43,467 nucleotides of DNA. It comes from Candidatus Komeilibacteria bacterium. Its GTDB lineage: Bacteria; Patescibacteriota; Patescibacteriia; UBA1558; GWA2-36-10. The stretch lies in NCBI GenBank assembly GCA_018656655.1, contig JABHYW010000035.1, forward strand, positions 1-43,467, written 5' to 3'. The position numbers and the translations under genes are program-made. Under the pieces are notes generated by a model that was not told where the DNA came from, made no database searches, and saw nothing but the letters and a program-made list of their open reading frames with translations. Below are positions 10,000 through 17,737 of this stretch, in pieces; position 1 is the first letter of the stretch; each line of letters begins with the position of its first letter.

Positions 10000-10603
10000 T
10001 AAGTTATTAATAGCTACCCATAATATAGGCAAGTTTACAGAAATTAAAAAACAACTAGAAGTATTAGATATTAAAATAGTTTCTTTATCAGATCTAGGAA
10101 TTAAAGAAGATTTTGAGGAAACAGGTGAGACTTTTGAAGCTAATGCTATGGGAAAAGCTAAATTTTATTATAATTTAGCTAAAATACCAACTATATCTGA
10201 TGACTCAGGATTCGCAGTTGATGCCTTAAATGGTGAGCCAGGGGTGCATTCTAGGACTTGGCCAGGTTATGAGGCGAGTGATGAAGAATTACTACAGATG
10301 CTTTTGTATAAAATGAAAGATGTGCCTGATCAAGAAAGAACAGCTAAGGCTGTATGTGTTATAGCTTTTTATAACGGTGAAGAGGAGATAATAACAAGAG
10401 GAGAAGAGTATGGGACAATATCTAAGAAGGTTGAATCTAAAATAGAAAAAGGCTTACCATATAGTGCAGTATTTTTTTCTAAAGGTTATAATAAAGTATT
10501 TTCGCAATTAAGCATTGAAGAAAAAAACGCTATTAGTCACAGAGGGATAGCCTTAGATAAATTAATTAAAAAATTATCTGCCAAAGGCGGAGTAAACAAA
10601 TAA
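9989..10603 (+). CDS. rdgB: Non-canonical purine NTP pyrophosphatase (RdgB/HAM1 family)
   Basis: Motifs LIATHNIGKFTEI, SDDSGF and ISHRG. Confidence 0.85.
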   Translation: MKINKLLIATHNIGKFTEIKKQLEVLDIKIVSLSDLGIKEDFEETGETFEANAMGKAKFYYNLAKIPTISDDSGFAVDALNGEPGVHSRTWPGYEASDEELLQMLLYKMKDVPDQERTAKAVCVIAFYNGEEEIITRGEEYGTISKKVESKIEKGLPYSAVFFSKGYNKVFSQLSIEEKNAISHRGIALDKLIKKLSAKGGVNK

Positions 10604-10608
10604 TAAAT

Positions 10609-11178
10609 ATGGATAAAAGAAATCTTTTAATCATGACTGGGGCAATATTTATAGCTTTAGTTTTGATGCTGATTTTTCCAGCTAAAAAAATTACTATGGA
10701 AGAAGCAATTATAAAAACTAATAAGGGTGATATAAAAGTAGCTTTATTTTATAATAGAGTACCAGTTACTGTAGAAAATTTTGTAAAATTGGCTCAAGAT
10801 GGTGTTTATGATGATTTAAAGTTTCACAGAGTGATAAAAGACTTTATGATTCAGACTGGCGATCCTCAGACTAAGGGTGAAGAAGGTAAGGATTTTGTTT
10901 ATGAACCAGACGGCAGTGCTTTACCAATTGCTGGCACAGGTGGACCAGGCTATACTTTTAAAGATGAAATTCATCCAAATTTAAAACATAATATAGCTGG
11001 AATTTTATCTATGGCTAATTCAGGGCCAGACACTAATGGTTCCCAGTTTTTTATTACCCATTTACCAACTCCTTGGTTAGATGGCAAACACACTATTTTT
11101 GGCCGAGTCTTAGATGGTCAAGATATTGTAGATGAAATAGTACGAGGCGATTATATAAAGAAAATAGTAATCAAATAG
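10609..11178 (+). CDS. Peptidyl-prolyl cis-trans isomerase, cyclophilin type, with N-terminal membrane anchor
   Basis: Motifs FHRVIKDFMIQTGDP and LSMANSGPDTNGSQFFIT, with a hydrophobic N-terminus. Confidence 0.9.
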   Translation: MDKRNLLIMTGAIFIALVLMLIFPAKKITMEEAIIKTNKGDIKVALFYNRVPVTVENFVKLAQDGVYDDLKFHRVIKDFMIQTGDPQTKGEEGKDFVYEPDGSALPIAGTGGPGYTFKDEIHPNLKHNIAGILSMANSGPDTNGSQFFITHLPTPWLDGKHTIFGRVLDGQDIVDEIVRGDYIKKIVIK

Positions 11179-11179
11179 T

Positions 11180-12427
11180 ATGTTAGATATTAAAAAAATT
11201 CGAGCCAATAAAAAAGAAATTGAAATATCTCTTCTCAAGCGTATAGAGAAGAAGAATTTTAATTTAGACAATATTTTAAAGGCCGATGATCAACGAAAAG
11301 AACTTTTAATAGAAGTTGAAAAATTACAAGCTGAGCGTAATAAAGCCTCTAAAACTAAACCTGATGCAAAAACTATCAAAGCTATGCAAACTTTGGGTGT
11401 TAAGCTAAAAAAGATTGAAGATAATTTAAGTGAAGTAGAGGATGGATTACAAATTAGTTTATCCGCTTTACCAAATATTGTAGCTGATGACGTAGTAGCT
11501 GGGACTAAAGAAAATAATAAAGTTATAAAAACTTTTGGAGATAAACCAAAGTTTGCCAAAGGTGAAGCTAAAAATCACGTGGATTTAGCTACAGATTTAG
11601 GTCTAATTGATTATGAGCGAGCCGCTAAGATGTCTGGAGCTGGTTTCTGGGCTTATACTGGTGATGGAGCTTTACTAGAGTGGGCTTTACTTAATTATTT
11701 TGCTGATTATCATCGTCAGAATAATTATACTTTTATTATTCCTCCATATTTATTAACTGAACAATCAGCCTATACTTCTGGCCATTTGCCAAAATTTAAA
11801 GATGATTTATTTTGGGCTACTAAAGATAAGCTTTGTTTAAATGCAACTTCTGAAATGATGTTAGGTAATTATCATCGTGACGAAATGCTGGATACAAAAT
11901 CTTTACCATTAAAGTATTATGCTTTTTCAACTTGTTTCCGTAGAGAGGCTGGTTCATATAGAGCAGAGGAGAGGGGTATGATTCGTGGTCATCAATTTAA
12001 CAAAATTGAAATGTTTCAATTTACTAAGCCTGAAGATTCATGGGCTGCCTTTGATGAGTTATTAGTTCATGCTGAAAAATTAGTAGAAGGCTTAGGTTTG
12101 CATTATACATCTGTTCAATTAGCTGCCGGGGATTGTAGTGCAGCTATGGCCAAAACAGTAGATATTGAAGTTTGGATTCCATCTATGAATAACTATAAAG
12201 AAGTATCTAGTGTTTCAAATGCTTTGGACTATCAAGCTCGTCGTGGCAATATTAGATTTAAAGATATTGATGGTAAAAATAAATTTGTCCATACTTTAAA
12301 TGCTTCAGGTTTAGCTACTAGTCGTATTTTTCCAGCTATTCTAGAACAGAATCAACAAGCCGACGGATCAGTTAAAATTCCAAAGGTTTTACAAAAGTAC
12401 ATGGGTAAAAAAGTATTGAAAAAATAA
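11180..12427 (+). CDS. serS: Seryl-tRNA synthetase
   Basis: N-terminal coiled coil, then class II motifs FRREAGS, GHQFNKIEMF and TLNASGLATSR. Confidence 0.95.
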   Translation: MLDIKKIRANKKEIEISLLKRIEKKNFNLDNILKADDQRKELLIEVEKLQAERNKASKTKPDAKTIKAMQTLGVKLKKIEDNLSEVEDGLQISLSALPNIVADDVVAGTKENNKVIKTFGDKPKFAKGEAKNHVDLATDLGLIDYERAAKMSGAGFWAYTGDGALLEWALLNYFADYHRQNNYTFIIPPYLLTEQSAYTSGHLPKFKDDLFWATKDKLCLNATSEMMLGNYHRDEMLDTKSLPLKYYAFSTCFRREAGSYRAEERGMIRGHQFNKIEMFQFTKPEDSWAAFDELLVHAEKLVEGLGLHYTSVQLAAGDCSAAMAKTVDIEVWIPSMNNYKEVSSVSNALDYQARRGNIRFKDIDGKNKFVHTLNASGLATSRIFPAILEQNQQADGSVKIPKVLQKYMGKKVLKK

Positions 12428-13528
12428 ATGTCATTGACTTGGATTGAAATAAATAAAAAGAATATTTTACATAATATTAGGCAGTTCAAAAATTTGGCGC
12501 CTAATTCTGAGTTTTGGCCGGTAGTTAAAAGTAATGCCTATGGCCATGGTTCTAAAGAAATAGTAAGTTTCCTCAAGGATAATGAAGATGTAGCTGGTTT
12601 TATGGTAGCTAATCTAGAAGAGGCCTTGGAGATTAAAAGCCTGACTAAAAAACCAATTATAGTGCTTTCTTATTTTGACAGAGATAATATAGATTTATTA
12701 AAAAAAGTAGACTCTCAAATTTCTTTACCAATTTATGATTTAGATACTGTAGATTATTTGCAGGCTTTGAACAAGGACATTTTAGTAAATGTAAAAATAG
12801 ATACCGGTACAACTCGTTTGGGATTTAAAGTGGCCGATGTAGCTGAAGCTGTAAAATATATAGAGAGTCAGAAGAATTTAAATATTTTTAGTATTTTTAC
12901 TCATTATGCAGAATCTGAGTCAGAAAATCAGGACTTTACTAAAGAGCAATTAGAGATTTTTGAGAAAGTTACTGAAAATTATAAAAAATATAAACTTCAT
13001 TCAGCTTGTAGCGCCGCAAGCATAGCTTTGCCAGAGGCACAGGGGGAAATAATAAGGATTGGTTTAGCTTTTTATGGTTTATGGCCTAGTGAACCCACTA
13101 AAAGAAGGGCATGGATGTCTCAGGTTTGTTTACAGCCTTTAATGACTTGGAAAACTAAAGTAATTCAAGTCAAAGAATTAAAGAAAGATGATACAATAGG
13201 TTATAATAGATCATATAAATGTGATAAACCTTGTAAAGTAGTAGTTTTACCAATTGGCTATAATGAAGGTTATGATAGATTGCTTTCTAATAATGCAGAA
13301 GTATTAATTAAAGGTGAGCGTTGTCCAGTTAGAGGAAATATTTGTATGAATCTGACCATGGTAGAAATTCCGAACGATTTAGAAGTGGAAGTAGGGGAGG
13401 TAGTCACTTTATTAGGCACAGATAGTGGTCAAAATATCAGTGCAGATGACTTGGCTACTAAATGTCAGACTATAAATTACGAAATAGTCACTAGAATAAA
13501 TCCAAATCTTAGTAGGTTAATAGTTTGA
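12428..13528 (+). CDS. alr: Alanine racemase
   Basis: PLP-lysine motif VVKSNAYGHG and the C-terminal YEIVTRI.. motif. Confidence 0.9.
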   Translation: MSLTWIEINKKNILHNIRQFKNLAPNSEFWPVVKSNAYGHGSKEIVSFLKDNEDVAGFMVANLEEALEIKSLTKKPIIVLSYFDRDNIDLLKKVDSQISLPIYDLDTVDYLQALNKDILVNVKIDTGTTRLGFKVADVAEAVKYIESQKNLNIFSIFTHYAESESENQDFTKEQLEIFEKVTENYKKYKLHSACSAASIALPEAQGEIIRIGLAFYGLWPSEPTKRRAWMSQVCLQPLMTWKTKVIQVKELKKDDTIGYNRSYKCDKPCKVVVLPIGYNEGYDRLLSNNAEVLIKGERCPVRGNICMNLTMVEIPNDLEVEVGEVVTLLGTDSGQNISADDLATKCQTINYEIVTRINPNLSRLIV

Positions 13529-13577
13529 TATTTAACGTTTTACGACACATAATATATAGGTATATTTAGAAGAGAGT

Positions 13578-14402
13578 ATGAGTGCTTTAATAAAAACAAC
13601 TAAATCATGGAAAAGGCATTTACCTCAAAAACCACAAAAGGTTCAGAGGGGTTATTATACTCGGCAAAAAAATTCTCAACAGAAAATAATTATTAGAATT
13701 ATTTTTGTAATTTTTGCTATCTTAGTACTTCAAAGTATTTTCCAAATAAAGTTTTTAAGGGTTCAGAATATCAATTTAAACAATAATAATGACTTAAGCA
13801 CCGAAGAGGTTCAAGAATTTGTCTTAGATAAGCTTACAGCTACAAAGTTTTTCTTTTTTGAAAAGAATAACTACTTTTTAGTGCCGATAGATGAATTAGA
13901 TGTCCAACTAGTAGCGGAATATAATTTAGAAGAAGTTAGTTTAGAAAAAATCTGGCCTAACACATTAGAAATTACTGTCAAAGAAAAAAATTCTCATTTT
14001 ATTTGGCAGAAAGATGACTCAATATACCTCTTAGATGCTAAAGGGCTCTTAAATCGGCAAATCAGCATTTTAGACGATAAATACTTGCTTTTAGACGATA
14101 AGCGTGATCAAAGGCCTAGTGGAGAGCAAATTTTTACAGATCAAGAGATAAATATTATTAACCAGATATATTTAAATTGGATGGACATGGTAGCTTCTAA
14201 AGCAAAGTTAAATAAAATTACTATTTATAATGATTGGAGTATTGAATTAAATACTCAAACTGGTTTTTATGTGAAGTTAGATAAAGATCAGGACATACAT
14301 GAACAGTTAAATAACTTAAAGGCAGTGCTAGAAGAGAATATTACAGGAGTAGATATAGATTATATAGATGTTAGATTCGGGGATAAGGTTTATTTTAAGT
14401 AG
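13578..14402 (+). CDS. FtsQ/DivIB-like cell-division protein (single TM plus POTRA-like domain)
   Basis: Basic N-terminus, one TM (IIIRIIFVIFAILVL), then a beta-rich extracytoplasmic domain. This is an architecture-level call only. Confidence 0.45.
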   Translation: MSALIKTTKSWKRHLPQKPQKVQRGYYTRQKNSQQKIIIRIIFVIFAILVLQSIFQIKFLRVQNINLNNNNDLSTEEVQEFVLDKLTATKFFFFEKNNYFLVPIDELDVQLVAEYNLEEVSLEKIWPNTLEITVKEKNSHFIWQKDDSIYLLDAKGLLNRQISILDDKYLLLDDKRDQRPSGEQIFTDQEINIINQIYLNWMDMVASKAKLNKITIYNDWSIELNTQTGFYVKLDKDQDIHEQLNNLKAVLEENITGVDIDYIDVRFGDKVYFK

Positions 14403-14416
14403 ATTATTGTAATATA

Positions 14417-14445
14417 TTGACATATAAGTATGTTTTTTATATACT
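14417..14445 (+). promoter_or_regulatory. Near-consensus promoter of the recombinase operon
   Basis: TTGACA (14417-14422), 17 nt spacer, TATACT (14440-14445). Confidence 0.55.
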
Positions 14446-14453
14446 TAATACAA

Positions 14454-14480
14454 GTTCGCATAATATAGGTTAAGCGAAGT
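14454..14480. promoter_or_regulatory. dif-like inverted-repeat site in the leader of the recombinase operon
   Basis: Sequence gTTCGCATAA-TATAGG-TTAAGCGAAgt. The arms TTCGC/GCGAA are inverted, and the left arm matches the XerC arm of E. coli dif (GGTGCGCATAA) at most positions. Confidence 0.3.
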
Positions 14481-14484
14481 AATA

Positions 14485-15468
14485 ATGTATATAGTAATGG
14501 AAAAATCAAAAAAGACAATAATTAAACATATCCCCCACTTCTTAGAATACTGTGAAGTTGGTAAAGGTTTATCTAATCTAACTATTAAAAATTATGACAG
14601 ATTCCTTCGTCCTTTTCAGAATTGGTTAAATAAAAATAAACTATTAAATTTACTCCCCCATAATTTGACGCAAAAGCATATTTGGGATTATCGTTTATAT
14701 TTATCTAGGTATGTTAATCCTAATTTAAAATCTAATTTACAAAAGACAACACAAAATTATTATTTAATTGCTTTAAGAAATCTATTGTCTTATTTTGCTG
14801 AAAAAGACATATCCTCTCTCCCCCCAGAAAAGGTTAAACTTGGTAAAGATAAAAAGAGTCGGGTAGTAAAATTTTTATCATTAGATCAAATTGAAAAATT
14901 ATTATTATCACCTGATATTAAAAAATTTATAGGACTTAGAGATAGGGCTATTTTAGAAGTATTATTTAGTACTGGTTTGAGGGTATCGGAACTTATTGCT
15001 CTTAACATAGATGTAATTAATTTGGAAATATTAAATAAGAATAAAAAAAAGGGTCTAGAATTAGTAATAATTGGAAAAGGAAATCATCCAAGAACAGTAT
15101 ATTTATCAAATAGGGCTATAGAATGGCTAATTAAATATCTAAATGAAAGACATGATGATGATTTGGCTTTATTTATTAATGCATTGCAACATAAGAATAT
15201 TTTATCTAAACGCCTTTCAGCTCGATCTATAGAAATAATGATTAAAAAATATTGTAAACTTACTGGATTACCTATTACCACCACACCACATACTATACGA
15301 CACTCGTATGCTACAGATTTATTAGAACAGGGAGTAGATTTAAGAACAATACAGGAATTTCTTGGTCATCGTAATATCGTTACTACTCAGGTTTATACTC
15401 ATGTTACTAATAAACACTTAAGAGATGTTCACCAAGCATTTCATAGTGGAAGAAATTTAAAGAATTAA
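14485..15468 (+). CDS. Tyrosine recombinase, XerC/XerD-like
   Basis: SAM-like N-terminal domain. Catalytic residues are present: R in STGLRVSEL, HTIRHSYAT, and LGHRNIVTTQVYTHV with the terminal Y. Confidence 0.85.
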   Translation: MYIVMEKSKKTIIKHIPHFLEYCEVGKGLSNLTIKNYDRFLRPFQNWLNKNKLLNLLPHNLTQKHIWDYRLYLSRYVNPNLKSNLQKTTQNYYLIALRNLLSYFAEKDISSLPPEKVKLGKDKKSRVVKFLSLDQIEKLLLSPDIKKFIGLRDRAILEVLFSTGLRVSELIALNIDVINLEILNKNKKKGLELVIIGKGNHPRTVYLSNRAIEWLIKYLNERHDDDLALFINALQHKNILSKRLSARSIEIMIKKYCKLTGLPITTTPHTIRHSYATDLLEQGVDLRTIQEFLGHRNIVTTQVYTHVTNKHLRDVHQAFHSGRNLKN

Positions 15469-15472
15469 TAAT

Positions 15473-15973
15473 ATGAAGAAAAGCGAAAATTTAGCGTGGC
15501 ATATTGTAGAAAAAGAAATACATAAAGAGATAGAATGGTTGAAAAAATCTATTGATATTATGGGTAAGGCAGAGAATTCGCCAATACCTAGTGAATATTA
15601 TTTATATAGATTAATAGCTATTTTAATAGTTAGTGGACAGATTAAAGCTAGAGAAATAACTTCTGATAATTTATGGGGTGGATTAAGTTATGCTAAAATT
15701 GAGAAAGTACACAAACATGGGAAGGCTTGGCACAGAAAAATGATGGATATTATTGATAAATATTTTAAAGATCAAAATTATGATATTGTAACAGAGCCTA
15801 ATTTACATAACGGTCGGGCAGATTTAGGAATTTTTAAAAAAGGTAAAAAAGATTTGTATATTGAAGTCGGTACTACCTCTATTTATAAGTTATGTCTTAA
15901 TCTTCATTTTATGAAGGATATTATTATTTTAATCGTTCCATCTAATAACAAAGTAATCGAATTTGAAAAATAA
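15473..15973 (+). CDS. Hypothetical protein with PD-(D/E)XK / Hjc-VRR-NUC-like C-terminal motif
   Basis: 166 aa, packed between the two recombinase genes with gaps of 4 nt and 1 nt. The C-terminal GRADLGIFKKGKKDLYIEVGT resembles the G.(P)D..(x12)..(I/V)EVK strand pair of Hjc/VRR-NUC nucleases, but has G where the Lys normally sits. Confidence 0.55.
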   Translation: MKKSENLAWHIVEKEIHKEIEWLKKSIDIMGKAENSPIPSEYYLYRLIAILIVSGQIKAREITSDNLWGGLSYAKIEKVHKHGKAWHRKMMDIIDKYFKDQNYDIVTEPNLHNGRADLGIFKKGKKDLYIEVGTTSIYKLCLNLHFMKDIIILIVPSNNKVIEFEK

Positions 15974-15974
15974 T

Positions 15975-16907
15975 ATGCTTCCTCACTTTAAAGAATTTTT
16001 ATTATACTTAGAAAAAAAGGATTATTCTATTAAGACTATCCGTAGTTATGAAAGGGATTTAAATACTTTTGAAAATTTTTTAGAAAAAGATATTAAGACC
16101 GAGTTTAAAAAATTAACTAAGCGGTCCATTATTAAATTTAAGGCCTACCTCTCCTCTACTTCCAGAGAGACTGCTTTAAATAAGCCTGGTGAAAAGAAAT
16201 TATCAAGTTATAGTATCAATCGTATACTGTCAGCTTTACGTGCTTATTTAAAATTTTTGATTGATGTTGATTACAAAACTCCTGTTACTGCTGATGCTGT
16301 TAAGTTATTAAAAACTGAAAAGAAGTATGGGCAAGTGCCAGAGATGAGTCAATTAATTACTTTGATAGAAGCGCCTAATAAATTTGAAACTGATCCGACT
16401 ATTAAGTTACGTAATAGAGCCATGTTAGAAACTCTCTTCGCTACTGGTATGCGTATTTCGGAATTACTCTCTCTTAAACGTGAGCAGTTAGATAACACCG
16501 GACGGATTTATGTAATGGGTAAAGGTAAAAAACAACGTTTTGTTTATCTGACTCCGCGAGCTATTAAACATATTAAGGATTATTTAGCCACTCGCCATGA
16601 TCAAACACCTTATCTTTTTATTCCTTATCGGGGTTTAAATAATGCTGATAAGAATAAAAAGATATCTGCCAATTATTTACAAGCAAAAATAAAAAAATAT
16701 AGAGAACTTCTCTCTATTAATATACCTATTTCGGCTCACTCTATTCGTCATAGCTTTGCCACTTATTTAGCTGAAAATGGCGCTAATCCGGCGGCTATCC
16801 AAATACTCTTGGGTCATGAGTCTTTAGATACTACTACTCGTTATGTCCATGCTAGTGACCGTTACGCAGAAAAAATGCATACAGACTTCCATCCTCTTAA
16901 AAAATAA
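15975..16907 (+). CDS. Tyrosine recombinase, XerC/XerD-like
   Basis: Motifs ATGMRISELL, HSIRHSFATYL and LGHESLDTTTRYVHA. I placed the start at ATG 15975; the track start at 15963 is a TTG. Confidence 0.85.
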   Translation: MLPHFKEFLLYLEKKDYSIKTIRSYERDLNTFENFLEKDIKTEFKKLTKRSIIKFKAYLSSTSRETALNKPGEKKLSSYSINRILSALRAYLKFLIDVDYKTPVTADAVKLLKTEKKYGQVPEMSQLITLIEAPNKFETDPTIKLRNRAMLETLFATGMRISELLSLKREQLDNTGRIYVMGKGKKQRFVYLTPRAIKHIKDYLATRHDQTPYLFIPYRGLNNADKNKKISANYLQAKIKKYRELLSINIPISAHSIRHSFATYLAENGANPAAIQILLGHESLDTTTRYVHASDRYAEKMHTDFHPLKK

Positions 16908-16913
16908 AGAAAA

Positions 16914-16940
16914 GCGCAGAGTTGTGTTTCTGCGCTTTTT
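16914..16940. terminator. Intrinsic terminator between convergent genes
   Basis: gcgcaga-(8 nt)-tctgcgc followed by T5, with an A-run on the other side. Confidence 0.8.
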
Positions 16941-16962
16941 ACATACTAATGTTGAGTACGGC

Positions 16963-17175
16963 TTAAATAGTTACTGGCCGTATTAGATCTTCCCAACTGA
17001 CCTGAGTATCTTTTTTCAGTTGTGCTATAGCTTTATCTGCTTTTTCTGAAGTCCAGATTGGTCCTTTGCATTTTGGACATTTTTTAGGATATTTTTCCGA
17101 GCCATTTATGTCACATTTGTGACACCGCCACTTAACATTGTGATAGTTGATACCACCTCTTTGTAGTTGACTCAT
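16963..17175 (-). CDS. Small zinc-ribbon protein (hypothetical)
   Basis: CHKC...CPKC four-cysteine pattern. The start is moved to ATG 17175, which is preceded by AAGGAGAGG at good spacing. The track start at 17217 has no such site. Confidence 0.55.
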   Translation of the reverse strand: MSQLQRGGINYHNVKWRCHKCDINGSEKYPKKCPKCKGPIWTSEKADKAIAQLKKDTQVSWEDLIRPVTI

Positions 17176-17294
17176 ATTGCCTCTCCTTCTTTTTAAAGTA
17201 CTGTTTTTGCGAATCATTCTAATAATAGTTTAGCATAGTACTTTATATTTTAAAAGTAGTTTATATTATATTGTTTTAGTTGATTTATATAGCA

Positions 17295-17323
17295 TTGACA
17301 AAAACTAATATTTATGTTATTAT
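17295..17323 (+). promoter_or_regulatory. Consensus-like promoter of a small plus-strand transcript
   Basis: TTGACA, 17 nt spacer, TATTAT. Confidence 0.5.
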
Positions 17324-17329
17324 ATAGAA

Positions 17330-17443
17330 ATCGTAATGACAGCCTCAATGCTGTTTGAACGATAAATACTAGCAATTACTTATAAAGGAAGGTGATTATA
17401 TGGTATTTTGAGGGCTGACTTTATTTGTCAGTCCCTTTTTTTT
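17330..17443 (+). ncRNA. Candidate sRNA / mini-ORF transcript (about 115 nt)
   Basis: Bounded by the promoter above and a gggctgac/gtcagtccc hairpin plus T8 (17412-17443). It contains a 5' hairpin (tcgt..gacagc/gctgtt..acga), a strong SD (AAGGAAGGTGA) and a 3-codon ORF, ATG GTA TTT TGA (17400-17411). Confidence 0.35.
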
Positions 17444-17444
17444 G

Positions 17445-17645
17445 ACAAAAAGAAGAAGGAGGTCTTGCAGACAGACCTCCTCCACTTATTTCAACGCCCT
17501 GTGTTGGAATAAGTGTTTAAGAAAGTGGTGGTTTACCCAAAATTATCGAGTAACAAGAAGCTAAATTACTAAAGTAATCGGCTAGTTTATGTTAATCTCG
17601 AGTAACCGAGACACCACCTTTATGAATTGATAGAACTTGAACACA
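17445..17645 (-). ncRNA. Candidate structured ncRNA (about 200 nt), class not recognised
   Basis: Minus-strand TTGACA (17680-17675), 17 nt spacer, TAATCT (17657-17652). It ends at a 9-bp aggaggtct/agacctcct hairpin (17457-17481) followed by a U-rich tract. Internal helices: cacttattccaac/gttgaaataagtg, and long-range GTGGTG/CACCAC and GTGTTCAAG/CTTAAACAC. Confidence 0.4.
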
Positions 17646-17684
17646 AGAAGTAGATTATCATATAATTAAATATTTGTCAATAGT

Positions 17685-17714
17685 AAAAGCCCCTAGGATA
17701 TAGGGGCTAATTTT
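17685..17714. terminator. Terminator after the M23 peptidase gene
   Basis: gcccct-aggatat-aggggc hairpin flanked by A4 and T4. Confidence 0.65.
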
Positions 17715-17737
17715 AGAGGTAATTTTATAATATTTAT

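Noticed and set aside
13535-13570. A second dif-like string (rc ..CCTATATATTATGTGTCG..) between alr and the ftsQ-like gene.
   Set aside because: The match to dif consensus is confined to an AT-only stretch (ATATATTATGT) that is expected by chance in AT-rich intergenic DNA. The arms are not inverted repeats.
17445-17645. Assigning the ncRNA candidates (here and at 35112-35388) to SRP RNA, 6S, tmRNA or RNase P.
   Set aside because: The signature motifs I searched for are absent:
- SRP domain IV GGAA-loop context GUCAGGUCCGGAAGGAAGCAGC;
- tmRNA GGGG..5' end with a tRNA-like CCACCA 3' end and tag ORF;
- RNase P P4 GAGGAAAGUCC.

6S cannot be confirmed from sequence alone.
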